The position numbers were made by a program, and so were the translations under genes. A stretch of DNA of 63,253 bases, counting the filler, from Psammoneis japonica (Eukaryota): assembly GCA_008632985.1 (NCBI GenBank). It is 10 parts of 10 records of this genome, joined end to end, with 100 filler letters (N's around TTAATTAATTAA, not from the genome) between each part and the next. Parts side by side here need not be neighbours in the genome. Positions count along the whole stretch, not along the records: positions 1 to 6,933 come from QPGO01000555.1; positions 7,034 to 13,837 come from QPGO01000552.1; 8 more parts are not named here. The stretch is one strand, 5' to 3'. The notes under the pieces were generated by a model that made no database searches, was not told the DNA's origin, and saw nothing but the letters and a program-made list of their open reading frames with translations. Below are positions 1 to 12,249 of this stretch, piece after piece (positions within the stretch are counted from its first letter, which is position 1; every line of letters begins with the position of its first letter).

Positions 1-337
1 CTTTCTGAAGCATCTCCGACCGGAGTCAAAAGCTCCGCGACGCCAAGAAGGCCAAAAAGAAATGCAAAGCTGCTGCTGTGTCCTTGGAAGCTGAGTCGGT
101 CGATGCCAAAACTCGCGCTGTAAAGAAAGCGGCTGTTGCCGGCCTGCTGCTCAACCTGCTGATGCACCGAAAGACTCCGACGAGCCTGATGAACCTGCGC
201 CAATGCAGGCACCCAGCTTGGATGCAGCGCACATGGAGAATAGGAATGAACAGTTGCGCCAGCACTGAAAGGCACAGAACCGAATGTCGCTAAACCTGCT
301 GGCCACTGTTTGTTTGTCTGGGTGATTCTCAAAGGAT

Positions 338-1828
338 GTGCATGTCTCTTTGTCATCTGCTGGAAATTCAGATGACGAAGCCACCACTGATTTAGACTCG
401 CACGCTGACACGTGTGCTGTTGGGTCCAATTTTGTGATGTGCTCTGACATCGACAGAACTGTCGTGGTGCACCCCCACTTCCAAAGAGCACGCGCCAATG
501 GAAAACACTCCTGTTTGCGCGGCTGCTGCCGTGTGGGTTGATCCAACTGATGGACAACCATGCTTGCTGCCAGTCCACGAGGCCATGTTTTTTGGGGACA
601 AGATGACCAACACCCTTCTGTGCCCCAACCAACTGCGAGCAAATGGGCTGATTGTCCACGACACCCCTTGCCAGTTTGATCTGACTGGCACGCACTCCAT
701 TGCTTTCCCTGACTTGAAGATCAGGGTGCCACTGCGAACAAGAGGCGTTGCTTCTGTCTTTGATTCACACGAGCCAACAAATGAGGATCTGGAGAACCTC
801 CCCCGGCTGGAACTCACATCGCCCCCAAGATGGGAGCCTTCTGCTGATGCCATGGCGCAAAAGGAGGAAGCGCGCGCATGTGCCAGTGTGCGCCAAGGAC
901 CAGCAAAGTCGGGCGGATGGTCGACGACAATGAATGTGACCAGGTGTGTTGCTTCCATTCATTCACACCAAATGTCCTGTCATGACGAGAGCATCATTGT
1001 GGACACTGATGACGACAATTCATTGCATTGCCGCATGGTTGCTCAGGTGAATGTCTCCCACAACGACACCGAGGGAGACGGGCCACACGACCGGCATGAC
1101 CTGGATGTCCACCTGGATTGTGCCGAGCGGAAACGGGTGCATGCACTGTCGACCTGAGTCGTGCATCAACTGTCACGCCCAAGACACTCTCTAAAAGGTG
1201 GAACATTGGCCTGACGGCTGCTGAGAACACCATCAGAGTGATGACCCAGGCAGGGGTCCGCAATGTCTGCACACCATCCGAACGGAAAGTCCGGAAGAAA
1301 GCCCCTTGGCTCAAGTTCCCTGCTGTCAAGGGACGACTCTACTCTGACCAGATGTTTTCAAAGGTCAAATCGACACATGGCAAGATGGGAGGAAGCGCAC
1401 TTGCCAACGGAAGAGGGTGTGACAGGTTCCATCCTTGGAAGAGGAAACAGGACCACCCAGATGCCGTCATGTCATTTGTGCATGACGTTGGCACACCGCA
1501 GGTCCTTGTGTCGGATGGCGCGCCGGAAATGGCGGAAGGCCAGACCAAGGAGATCTGCAAGGAATGCAGGATGCACCAGGAGGTGTCCACTCCATGCAGC
1601 CCCTGGCAGAACCTGGCCGAGGCATCCATTCGTGAGTTGAAGAAAAGAGCCTGTGTGACTCTGCGCTGGACTGGCGCTCACAGACGACTTTGGTCCCACA
1701 GCGCCAAATGGGCATGTGACATCCGACGCATGATTGCAGCCAGTGTGTCAGACATGGGAGGACGAGTCCCAGAAGAGGAGGTGACAGGTTCAACACCCGA
1801 CATCTCTTCCCTCTCTCTCTTTGATTGG
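338..1828 (+). mobile_element. Degenerate Ty1/Copia (diatom CoDi-like) pol fragment: aspartic protease region and integrase core, frameshifted
   Basis: Successive ORFs carry LDSHADTCAVGSN (protease-like), LLCPNQLRANG, LSKRWNIGL...TQAGVR, VSDGAPE and PCSPWQNLAEASIRELK (integrase D..E core, normally PYSPWQN). It ends abruptly at TPDIS..FDW, where a satellite begins. Confidence 0.85.
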
Positions 1829-2091
1829 TGAAAACAAACATGTCTTTTCAAGGAAAACAAACATGTCGTTTCAAGGGGAAAAAATGTCTTTTCAAGGAAA
1901 ACAAACATGTCGTTTCAAGGAAAACAAACACGTGTTTTCAAGGAAAACAAACATGTCTTTTCAATGAAAACAAACACGTCATTTCAAGGAAAACAAACAT
2001 GTCATTTCAAAGAAAACAAACACGTCGTTTCAGGGAAAACAAGCGTGTCATTTCAAGGAAAACAAACGTGTCTTTTCAAGGAAAACAAACA
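1829..2091 (+). repeat. 23-bp tandem satellite array A (GAAAACAAACATGTCGTTTCAAG-like)
   Basis: Head-to-tail 23-nt units, opposite in orientation to arrays B and C. Confidence 0.95.
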
Positions 2092-2510
2092 CCCCACCTC
2101 AAACCAAGCAAAAGCAGGCATGGAGCAGCGCCGCCAAAACTTGCAGACAGGCTCAAGTCCCACTCTGGCACTCAACTCTCAGCTTGTGCTCCGCACAAAA
2201 CCCTCAGACAATGCTTGGCTCCAGTTGGCACCCAGAGGACTCAGTTGAAGAAACTCTGACACAAGAGCAACAGCTCTTTTCCTTTGATCTTGTTGACATG
2301 ATCATGTGGAACCATGGAGATGCTGCCGTGCACGTCATCTCTCCTTGATGACCTGTGTTCTCCCTGGCTGGACCTTTCTCACCAAACAGTTGCTCGCCGC
2401 TGAACAGAGAGCAGCGCGGGTCACATTGTCAAATGTGGGCGCAGCTGAAACACAAGTTGGCTCATCTTGTGTGGCCCGCAAGGCTTGAGACCAAAAAAAA
2501 ACCAAACCCT

Positions 2511-2581
2511 AATTTTAAGTGCCATTGCACCTTTGCCCAGCAACACCGGCACCGGCCAACCCACACTTCCAGTGCACCCTG
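2511..2581 (-). mobile_element. Probable DNA-transposon terminus (starts CAGGGTGCACTGGAAG on the minus strand)
   Basis: The 71 bp are the reverse complement of 59884-59954 except for one CA/TG dinucleotide. Homology stops exactly at CAGGG, and TA follows at 2582-2583. Confidence 0.65.
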
Positions 2582-2952
2582 TAGAGGATGCGGCAGAAAT
2601 GTGGTGCAGTTGGCCGGTTTCGGTGCCCCCATTAGAGGGCGCCCGACGGAGACAGCTGCAAATGGCGCAAGCGCCGCTTTTTGCCAGTCGTTTGGCTTCT
2701 TTCAGGCTGTCTTTTAGTCTTGGACAGACCACAGAGATCCAGTTTTGGATCCTTGTTGTTGAAAATGACAGTTGTTCTTCGACCAAATCCAGCAATGCGC
2801 CTCTGTCCTTTGCCAAGCATTCTTGTCGTTTGTTGCATGTCGCCGTCAGTTTGGCTTCCGCCTTCCTCTGTTGAGATGATTTCCAAGAATCAACATCGTG
2901 CCCGTGAACCAACTTGTTGTGCTCTTCCCAAAGTTCCCACCAGCACCTCTGC

Positions 2953-4480
2953 CATGTTTGTTTTCCTTGAAACGACATGTTTGTTTTCCTTGAAACCACA
3001 TGTTTGTTTTCCTTGAAAACACATGTTTGTTTTCCTTGAAACGACATGTTTGTTTTCATTGAAAAGACATGTTTGATTTCCTCGAAACGACATGTTTGTT
3101 TTCCTTGAAACCACATGTTTGTTTTCCTTGAAAAGACACATTTGTTTTCTTTGAAACAACATGTTTGTTTTCCTTGAAATGGCATGTTTGTTTTCCTTGA
3201 AACGACATGTTTGTTTTCCTTGAAAACACACATTTGTTTTCCTTGAAACAACATGATTGTTTTCCTTGAAATGGCATGTTTGTTTTCTTTGAAACGACGT
3301 GTTTATTTTCCTTGAAACGACATGTTTGTTTTCATTGAAAAGACATGTTTGATTTCCTTGAAACGACATGTTTGTTTTCCTTGAAATGACATGTTTGTTT
3401 TCCTTGAAAAGACACATTTGTTTTCCTTGAAACAACATGTTTGTTTTCCTTGAAATGGCATGTTTGTTTTCCTTGGCATGTTTGTTTTCTTTGAAATGAC
3501 GTGTTTGTTTTCCTTGAAACAACATGTTTGTTTTCATTGAAAAGACATGTTTGATTTCCTTGAAACGACATGTTTGTTTTCCTTGAAACAACATGTTTGT
3601 TTTCCTTGAAAAGACACATTTGTTTTCCTTGAAACAACATGTTTGTTTTCCTTGAAACGACATGTTTGTTTTCCTTGAAAAGACACATTTGTTTTCCTTG
3701 AAACAACATGTTTGTTTTCTCTGAAATGGCGTGTTTGTTTTCCTTGAAACGACATGTTTGTTTTCCTTGAAACCACATGTTTGTTTTCCTTGAAATGACA
3801 CGTTTGTTTTCCTTGAAACGACATGTTTGTTTTCATTGAAAAGACATGTTTGTTTTCTTTGAAACAAAATGTTTGTTTTCCTTGAAAAGACATGTTTGTT
3901 TTCCTTGAAAAGACATGTTTGTTTTCTTTGAAACCACATGTTTGTTTTCCTTGAAACGACATGTTTGTTTTCATTGAAAAGACATGTTTGATTTCCTTGA
4001 AACAACATGTTTGTTTTCCTTGAAACGACATGTTTGTTTTCCTTGAAAAGACACATTTGTTTTCTTTGAAACAACATGTTTGTTTTCCTTGAAACGACAT
4101 GTTTGTTTTCCTTGAAACAACATGTTTGTTTTCCTTGAAATGGCACGTTTGTTTTCCTTGAAACGACATGTTTGTTTTCCTTGAAAACACACAATTGTTT
4201 TCCTTGAAACAACATGATTGTTTTCCTTGAAATGGCATGTTTGTTTTCTTTGAAACGAGGTGTTTATTTTCCTTGAAACGACATGTTTGTTTTCCTTGAA
4301 AAGACATGTTTGTTTTCCTTGAAACCACATGTTTGTTTTCCTTGAAACCACATGTTTGTTTTCCTTAAAATGACACGTTTGTTTTCCTTGAAACGACATG
4401 TTTGTTTTCATTTGTTTTCCTTGAATTGACATTTTTTTTGAAATGACACGTTTGTCTTTCTTAAAACAACATGAGTTTGC
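2953..4480 (-). repeat. 23-bp tandem satellite array B (ATGTTTGTTTTCCTTGAAACGAC on +)
   Basis: About 1.5 kb of 23-nt units with a 3-5 nt variable segment. It produces spurious repetitive ORFs (MSFQGKQTCRFKENKHVVSRKTN). Confidence 0.97.
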
Positions 4481-4610
4481 CTTGAATTCTGCGCAAGAAC
4501 GCACTGACGGAAGCAAACCAACACGATTCCATGTGCAGGAGAACAGCATCTGCACCCCACAAGAAGCTCACGCCTGTCCCCAAGTTCAGTTGGATCCATG
4601 AGACTGCAAT

Positions 4611-5120
4611 GTGCAGCAATTTGTGGGGTTGATCCTCTCCCAGATGAAAATGTGTGACACCTCTGGAATGCTTGAGCAGCACCCACAATTGAGCAACTCC
4701 TTTTTTGATGTCTGGCGGTCAAAACCTGCCACCGCCAATCCAGCACCACCGGCAAAGAAGAGAAAGAAAAATGAGACTGTTGAGCCAATGAGCCTGAGAC
4801 TTCAGGCAGTGTTGAAGAGAATGGGCATGCAGGCAGCGCATGGTGCGCTGAAACCAGAAGTGGAGAAGGTGGCTGGAAATGATCTCTTTTCACAGGTGAA
4901 GTTTCTCAGTCCATCAGAATTGGCAAGCAATGGGAGCGTCTCAATGTTTGTCAAGAAACAGATTGCTGGTGGCAACATGGACACTTCAAATTGGTCAGGA
5001 ACTTGGGAGGAATGGGCAAAAGAGGCGGCAAAAAGGCAAGTTGACAATCTCAGAAACACGGTGTGCTCGGCTGTTGGGGCGGAGGCAATGGCCCGCAAGT
5101 TGGGTGACCAATGTGTGTGA
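4611..5120 (+). pseudogene. Repeat-associated hypothetical protein remnant, resembling part of 47850-48986
   Basis: LFSQVKF...WEEWAKE...DNLRNTV parallels VWPHCQF...FWEECKE...NRKRNNV. The ORF has no Tyr and lies in TpA-depleted DNA. Confidence 0.4.
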
Positions 5121-5653
5121 CTCAAGAGTTGCGCGCATCTCACAAGAAGATGACGGTGATGCTTTGTCTGTGCAGGCGTTGTCACCAAGGAAGAGGGAAA
5201 GGAAAAAGAAAAGAAACTCAAGGCGGCAGTCAAGAGGAAAAAGCAAGGCAGGAAAAAGTCAAGCCGTGACAAGAATGAAAAGAAAGACATCCCGATTGTG
5301 CCGACATGGGATCTGCTTGGCCCAGACACTGTCGCCGGCAGCAAACGAAGGAACAAGCAGGCGTGCAAGTGGTTCTGTGATCACACCCCTGTTTGCAAAA
5401 ATTGACAAACCAAGGATTGTGCGGCAATGCAACCATGGATTGGCACATGGCAACAAGGTGGAGGCAGAAATGGCGATGTGGGCACAGTGAAAAAATGGCG
5501 CACATGATTCTCAACAAGTTGTCGCGACATTGGCACAGCAAACTTGCAACCAGAGGTTGGCCTGTCATTGTGCGACAACAATTTTTTGCAACATTTTGAC
5601 AAATTGCCATCATGCAAATCCACACATTTTTAACGTTTCGTGCACTCTGATGC

Positions 5654-6518
5654 GTGTGTTGTGCACAGCATCATCGCACAGCATTTGTCCAACTCTCCCT
5701 CTCATCGCAGGATGGGTTGTCGCCATGTGGTGCATCTGCACAGCGGACTTGCGAATTTGACCATGCACTCCCTCTGTCAGGCAGGATGGGTTGGTGCCAT
5801 GTGGCGCATCCGGCCAAGGGAGGAGTGGGTTCGAAGCCCAGCCGCCCACCCCGGATGGGGTTGGAAAGGGGCAGGCCGAGAAAGAAAAGGAGGCTTGGAT
5901 TTGAGGCCGATTCGAGCCAGCGACCTCAGGAAGCGCAAAGACTCACAACCACTCAGAACGCTGCACACTGCCCTGGCGAGTGCAGGAGGTTCTCAACAAC
6001 CCAACAGGCAAAGAAGTTGCCACTCGGCTGGCTGTTGAGTCCCTTCTCCGCGCACACATTTGGGCGTGTGTTGTGCGCAGCATCGTCACACAGCATTTGT
6101 CCAACTCTCCCTCTCGTCGCAGGATGGGTTGTCACCATGTGGCGCATCCGCACGGAGGACTCACGAATTTGGCCATGCACTCCCCATGTTGGGCAGGATG
6201 GGCCAGCGCCATGTGGCGCATCCGGCCAAGGGAGGAGTGGGCTCGAAGCCCAGCCGCCCACCCTGGATGGGGTTGGAAAGGGGCGGGCTGAGAAAGAAAA
6301 GGAGGCTTGGATTTGAGGCCGATTCAAGCCAGCGACCTCAGGAAGCGCAAAGACTCACAACCACTCAGAACACTGCACACTGTCCTGGCGAGTGCAGGAG
6401 GTTCTCAACAACCCAAGAGGCAAAGAAGTTGCCACTCGGCCAGCTGTTGAGCCCCTTCTCCACACACACATTCAGGCATGTGTTGTGCACAGCATCGTCA
6501 CACAGCATTTGTCCAACT
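5654..6518. repeat. Tandem duplication, unit about 412 bp (two copies plus the start of a third)
   Basis: GTGTTGTGC.CAGCATC.TC.CACAGCATTTGTCCAACT recurs near 5655, 6067 and 6479, and the intervening sequence aligns. Confidence 0.92.
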
Positions 6519-6519
6519 G

Positions 6520-6933
6520 AACATGTCCTTTCAAGGAAAACAAACATGTTTTCCTTGAAAAGACATGTTTGTTTTCTCTGAAAAGACATGTTTGTTTTCC
6601 TTGAAACGACACGTTTGTTTTCCTTGAAACAACATGTTTGTTTTCCTTGAAATGACACGTTTGTTTTCCTTGAAACGACATGTTTGTTTTCCTTAAACGA
6701 CATGTTTGTTTTCCTTGAAACCACATGTTTGTTTCCTTCGTTTGTTTTCCTTGAAAGACATGTTGTTTTCCTTGAAACGACATGTTTGTTTTTCCTTGAA
6801 ACAACATGTTTGTTTTCCTTGAAACAACATGTTTGTTTTCCTTGAAAAAAGACACATGTTGTTTCCTTGAAACAGACACATGTTTGTTTTCCTTGAAAGA
6901 CATGTTTGGCTTTTTCCTTGAAAAGACATGTTG
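6520..6933 (-). repeat. 23-bp satellite array C with an inversion point at its start
   Basis: Same unit as array B. 6521-6568 reads ACATGTCCTTTCAAGGAAAACAAACATGTTTTCCTTGAAAAGACATGT, a near-palindrome. Confidence 0.93.
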
Positions 6934-7033
6934 NNNNNNNNNNNNNNNNNNNNNNNNNNNNNNNNNNNNNNNNNNNNTTAATTAATTAANNNNNNNNNNN
7001 NNNNNNNNNNNNNNNNNNNNNNNNNNNNNNNNN
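6934..7033. other. Artificial contig linker N44-TTAATTAATTAA-N44 (first of nine)
   Basis: Identical 100-nt linkers with six-frame stops also occur at 13838, 20700, 27505, 34140, 40805, 46714, 52296 and 57854. Contig lengths roughly decrease along the window. Confidence 0.99.
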
Positions 7034-8489
7034 GCTCGCAGAACAATTCTATTTAAGGGGTGCTGTGCATCCTCGTAATGTGGATCTTAATCAACTCTTG
7101 ACAATGAGGAACAATAAACAACCAGTCCAATGACCCACTGACGTGGTCCGTGATTAAGGACGCAATAATCAGAGACATAACGACACGACCACAAACTTGG
7201 AGGTGAGGGCTCTTTTAGACGACCGCCTCTGGCAACGTTGCAAATGCAGCGGCGAAACGGTCCAGCCTAGCCTCCCGTCATCGCATTGCACACACAGCAC
7301 TTGTGATGTGATTCAAACTGGAATGGAGGGTTTCCCAAGTAGAAATGAAAGAATGGAGGATCGATCGATAATGGATGGTTTTCGATCGTGGAAACTCAGT
7401 ACGGAGCTCCCCGTGGATTCTACGCAAACGCGATTGGCTCAGCTTTCGCTCTCGATTCTCCCAATACCCATCGTTTTTGGTGCAATATTGAGTGGTGTGT
7501 TGGTGCGCGGCGAAGAAGCATGCTGCCCTTCATTTTGGGAATGCACCTTAGCCTCTCAATCATTGTAGGAGTCAGCAAAAAGCGCAACGAAAAGGTCGCA
7601 GCGCGTTCCACCGTCGGTTTATGACAGCGCTCTGCTGTAATCGTTATGAGTCGTAAGTCAGACACTTTCCATACATAAGTAAAACAGAAGACTGGCCATA
7701 CATTATATCTACAGTATTGTGGCAATCATAACTCTGAGCGCGCGAGGCGGCGCTATGAGGGCATAACCGTGGCTCTTCTTGAATATGAGTACATGAAGAA
7801 TTAAATTCTGCAGGCTTGAGAGATGCCGCTGGAGGCTGCGGCTACTCTTTACGCTACGCACGAGCTCTGCCTCTGCTGTAGCCAGCGGATTTGGAGATTT
7901 GTCTGAGTGTCTTTGGCGTTTTGACTGATGCATGGCATACATCGGTGTTGAATATCTGAGCCTGTGTGTTCAATCTGGTCATTTTGGACACGCGAAGAAA
8001 AAACAAATGTGGCTGATCCAGAATTTCTATGGCATGCTTCAGGTCAAAGCATTGGAGATACAATCATCATCACGTGTGCAGCAAATATCTTCGTTGCTTC
8101 CGGCACGCGATTCACAATGTGAGTTGGCCCGGCCCGAGCAACGGAGCATATAGACACACTGCCGTGACGATAAATGCAACGAGCCTATATTCCGCATTCA
8201 TCACACTCTTGGTGCCACATTCTATGATTACCCAATTGCACCGGCGATGCCTGTACAGAGAACTGCGAGTAGACTCGTGAACTGGTGAACGCAAGGTTGC
8301 GGTTACAACCCGAGCATTGTTCCTGCGCTGTTGTGCGGTGGAAGTGATGCTACAACTTGTCTCCTCTGTTATGATGACGCGACTCTAGCACACTCTATAG
8401 AGAGATCGGAGAAAACGATAGGGTGATAAGCAACAGTTCGGGGACTACATAATGTAGGAATCAACGTCCAGACGGAAGAGACACAGTGT

Positions 8490-10773
8490 ACCCCGATGCG
8501 CATCGCGAGTCCAAACAAAAAGACACAACCCTTTCAACATACCAGTTTTTTAACAGCTTCCGCTCTATCGTCAATATCAAATGTGGCCTTTGGATAGTTT
8601 CCTACTCAAAGGCGCCGTTTCGTTTTGTACGGCCGCCGCGCTGCGTTGGGGGGCTCGCGTCGAGCTAGGAGGTGCTTCAAGATCTAGGGCCTACAGGACA
8701 CTATCTCATCGCCACGCAGTCTGCCCCAAAAGTTCAATAGTACCTCGATCGAGTCACTTCATTTTCGTCTAATTCAATGTGCTACCGGTATATCTTCTCT
8801 TAAAGGGAAACTGAGGCGCAACCAATACGTTGGCAGGCGCACGCGTCTCCGTGTCTCATAGCTGATATGTGCTTGAATCTCTTCTCTGTTCCAGGCTCTT
8901 TGTGACAACCACGATGCCGGCATAGTTCAAACCAGACACAAGAGATAGCTTACCCTGCGCATCATCGCGAGTCCAAATAACAATACATAACGGTTTCAAC
9001 AGATAGAACTTCCAACAGTTTCCGCTCTCGTCCACATCGAATTGTGTCCTTCGTTTGTCAACAGGGAGGGAGTTTCCTACGCAAAGTAGCCGTTTCGTTA
9101 TGGACAGCCGCCTGCATTGTCAGGCTCGTCGAGCTGAGAGACGGTTCAAGTACGGGATGCGTTATCTCATCGCCGCACGCGCAGTCTGCCCGCAGAAAGT
9201 TGCGGTCCCACGATTGCGAGTCTGCAATGTGCTAAATCTTCTCTTCAAGGGAAACTGACGAGCCGCAAGCAATACGTTGGAAGGCGCACATTTGTGTCTC
9301 CGTTTCTCATAGCTTATATGCTTGAATCTCTTCTCTGTTTCAGGCGCTCTTTGTGACAATGTTCCATTGCCGTGTAGTTCCAACTAGAGTAGACACCAGA
9401 GATACAGCTTACCATGCGCAATGCGAGTCCAAACAATAAATACATAACGGATTCAACATGTAGGGCTTCCAACAGTTTCAGCTCTCGTCCATAATAAATT
9501 AGGTCAACCGGGGAGAGTTTCCTACTCAAAGGCGACCTTTCGCTATTGTGGACAACCGCATGCATTGCGTGAGGCTCGTCGAGTTCAAATGTGGTTCAAG
9601 TACGGGACGCTATATCACCGCGACGCTCAGTCTGCGCCCAGAAGTTGCAGACCCTCGATCGAGTCACTCCAGCCATTTTCGTCCGGTGCAATGTGCGCTA
9701 AGTCTTCTCTTCAAAGGGAAACTGAGACACAAGCAACACGCGTTGGCAGGCGCACGTTTGCCTCCGTTTCTTCTCAAAAAGCTTATGCTTGAACCTCGTG
9801 TCTGTTCCAAGCTCTTTTTGACGACCGCATTGCCACGTCCGGAGTAGTTCAAACCAGACACAAGAGATAGCTTACCCTGCGCATCGCGAGCCCAAGCAAT
9901 AGTACGTAACGGTTTCAACGTATCGAGCTTCCAACAGTTTCCGCTCTCATCAATATCAATTTGTCCTTCGTTTTCAACCGGGGAGAGTTTCCCACTGCTC
10001 AAATCGGCGCCGCGTTTCGTTCGTTATGTACGGCCGCCTGCGTTGGGAGTAGGCTCGTCGAGCTGAGAGGTGATGCTCCAAGTACGGGACACTATCTCGT
10101 CGCCACGCGGTCTGCCCAGAAAGTTGCAGTCCCTCGATCGAGTGGCTAAATTTTCGTCGGGTGCAATGTACTTGTTCTTCTCTTCAAGGGAAACTGAGCC
10201 ACAACCAACACGTTGGCAGATAACGTTTGTCTCCATTTCTCGTTGCTAGTGCTCTTTTCTATTTCAAGCTCTTTGTGACAACCACATTCTTGCCGTGTAT
10301 AGTTCAAACCAGACACAAGAGGTAGGTTACCCTGCGCATCGCGAGTCCAAACAATAATACATAACGGTTTCAACAAAGAGTTTCCGCAACAGTTTCCGCT
10401 CTCGTCCGTATTAAATTCGTTTGTCAACGGGGGAGAGTTTTCTACACAAAGGCGCCGTTTCGTTATGATGGACACCATCAGCCGCCTGCATTGGGAGGCT
10501 CGTCGAGCTGAGAGGCGGTTCAAGTATGCGGGACGCTATCTGATCGCCGCACGCGCAGCAGTCTGCCCTCAGAAAGTTGCTGTCCCACGATAGAGTTACT
10601 TCATTATTGTCCGGTTTGCAATGTGCTAAATCTTCTCTTCAAGAGAAACTGATGAGCCGCAAGCAATACGTTGGAACGCGCACGGTATGGTCGCTGTTTC
10701 TCATAGCTTCTGCTTGAATCTCTTCTCTATTCTAGGCTCTTTGTGACGACCACACATTGTCGCGTGCAGTTCC
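8490..10773. repeat. Diverged non-coding tandem repeat, unit about 460 bp, five copies
   Basis: A CATCGCGAG-type anchor occurs near 8501, 8963, 9419, 9882 and 10337. GGCTCGTCGAGCT, TCTTCTCTTCAAGGGAAACTGA and GCTCTTTGTGACAAC recur with the same period. Confidence 0.93.
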
Positions 10774-10858
10774 CACCCTTCAATCGCAAGCTCAACAGCT
10801 ATAGATACAGGGTGCTTTGGATCACCTTTTGTGAAATGATGACTCCTCTCCTACGTGT

Positions 10859-11686
10859 TTATTCTTCTTCGTTCCATACCTTTCCACAATCTTGACATTG
10901 ATATTTCATCATGACGGTATCTACTCGATCCTTGTTCCCCCACGTTTCTCCCTTGGTCAACGCCGTGTCTTGTCTTATACCGGAGTTCCCTGCATTGACG
11001 ACCTTGGTGCTGTTGCAAGACGAACACGTGACGCCAGCAGCTGTATCGTTTTCGACGGGAGGATACGTCTTGAGCGTTGCGCTTGGGGGTGGTGCGTCTA
11101 GTGCTAAATTCCAAATCGACTTGCGAGATGCCTTGCGGCGTTTGTATGGATTGACCTCGTTGCTGTTGGTACTTGCAGCAATTACGGATGCATCCTGCTT
11201 TTGTCGTTCCTGCTGCTCTTGTTGTCGGCGCATTCGTTCGGGGATCGGAACCGTTCTCAAGAATCCTCCACCGGCATCACCCGGTGATTGTTTCTTTTTC
11301 GGCAATCCAGCAGCTCGTTTCGGTTTGCCTCGCAAATCATGTAGAACCGCAAGAGGATCTTTACTCTGCTTTTTATTGGTAAAGGACCGCGCTGCCGTTT
11401 CGGATAATTCTTGCTGCAACTCGATAAATGCCTGTGCAAACAGCGGCTGCACCTCTTCCAGTTGTTCCTGTTGCGTATCATCCATCACTTGCACCTTATC
11501 GGGATCCACACGAACCGCACGGGTTGTATAATAGTGCAGCCAACAATATGGTTTCTGACTGCTGCGTCGTCTTCGATCAATCAAGCTTGATTTCTTTCGA
11601 GTCGAAAAGTCGACCAGTACCGCTGCTGCTTTCTCTCCACAGAAACTGCACAGTTCTTGTTGCTTGCGTGAATCGGAACTTTGCAT
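10859..11686 (-). CDS. 275-aa protein with a C-terminal TFIIS-like Cys4 zinc ribbon and an N-terminal CxxC...CxxH motif
   Basis: Intact ATG-to-stop ORF with CSSC...KGETWG...YQCQDCGKVW and CSFC...YCWLH. Tyr and TpA content are normal. Confidence 0.8.
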   Translation of the reverse strand: MQSSDSRKQQELCSFCGEKAAAVLVDFSTRKKSSLIDRRRRSSQKPYCWLHYYTTRAVRVDPDKVQVMDDTQQEQLEEVQPLFAQAFIELQQELSETAARSFTNKKQSKDPLAVLHDLRGKPKRAAGLPKKKQSPGDAGGGFLRTVPIPERMRRQQEQQERQKQDASVIAASTNSNEVNPYKRRKASRKSIWNLALDAPPPSATLKTYPPVENDTAAGVTCSSCNSTKVVNAGNSGIRQDTALTKGETWGNKDRVDTVMMKYQCQDCGKVWNEEE

Positions 11687-12249
11687 ATTCTCAATCTACA
11701 GTATATAATCCGTCGCCTCGAGCTTCTGATTGCGCTTATTATATTAGAACTGTTACAACAGCGTCACAGAAAACAGAAACGCAGACAACGACGACATGAA
11801 CGGTTGTGTGCTGTCGGCAATGAGTTGGGGTGGGAGTGAGTGTCGTCAATCAGTCGTTGTCGCTGCAGAAGCGTGGAAAGCACGTAGAGTGTCGTATTGA
11901 GCGATCCAAGAGCGAGCGCTCACACGCTTTCAACCGAAGGTTCGACTGATTCGAATATCTAAATATCCGTAGGAAAATATCATATTGCCCCGTGAAATTT
12001 GTAAAGCTTCATGTCTTAATGTAAATCATAAAATGACCGCTGTCATAATCCAACGCACGCACGGTGTGTCTCCTCCCTGCTGAACCGAGCACGACCCAGA
12101 CCTGGAACCGGATTGCATTATTTTATTTTGTGTCGAGGTTGGTCGAGGTTGATGTTGATGGCCCCAGGAGTAGCAACCTTGACACAACCGACCACGAAAA
12201 GGCCCTCTAGACGTCCCAGCATGGTGAACGCATCATTGCTAAACACGAT

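Noticed and set aside
2953..4480. CRISPR-like array or repetitive protein (441-aa ORF)
   Set aside because: The units are contiguous with only a few variable bases, there are no unique spacers or cas genes, and the context is eukaryotic. The ORFs are open in three frames only because the unit lacks stops.
6978..6989. TTAATTAATTAA as a biological motif, and gene neighbourhoods across it
   Set aside because: It is an assembly linker inside N runs, so adjacency between contigs carries no information.
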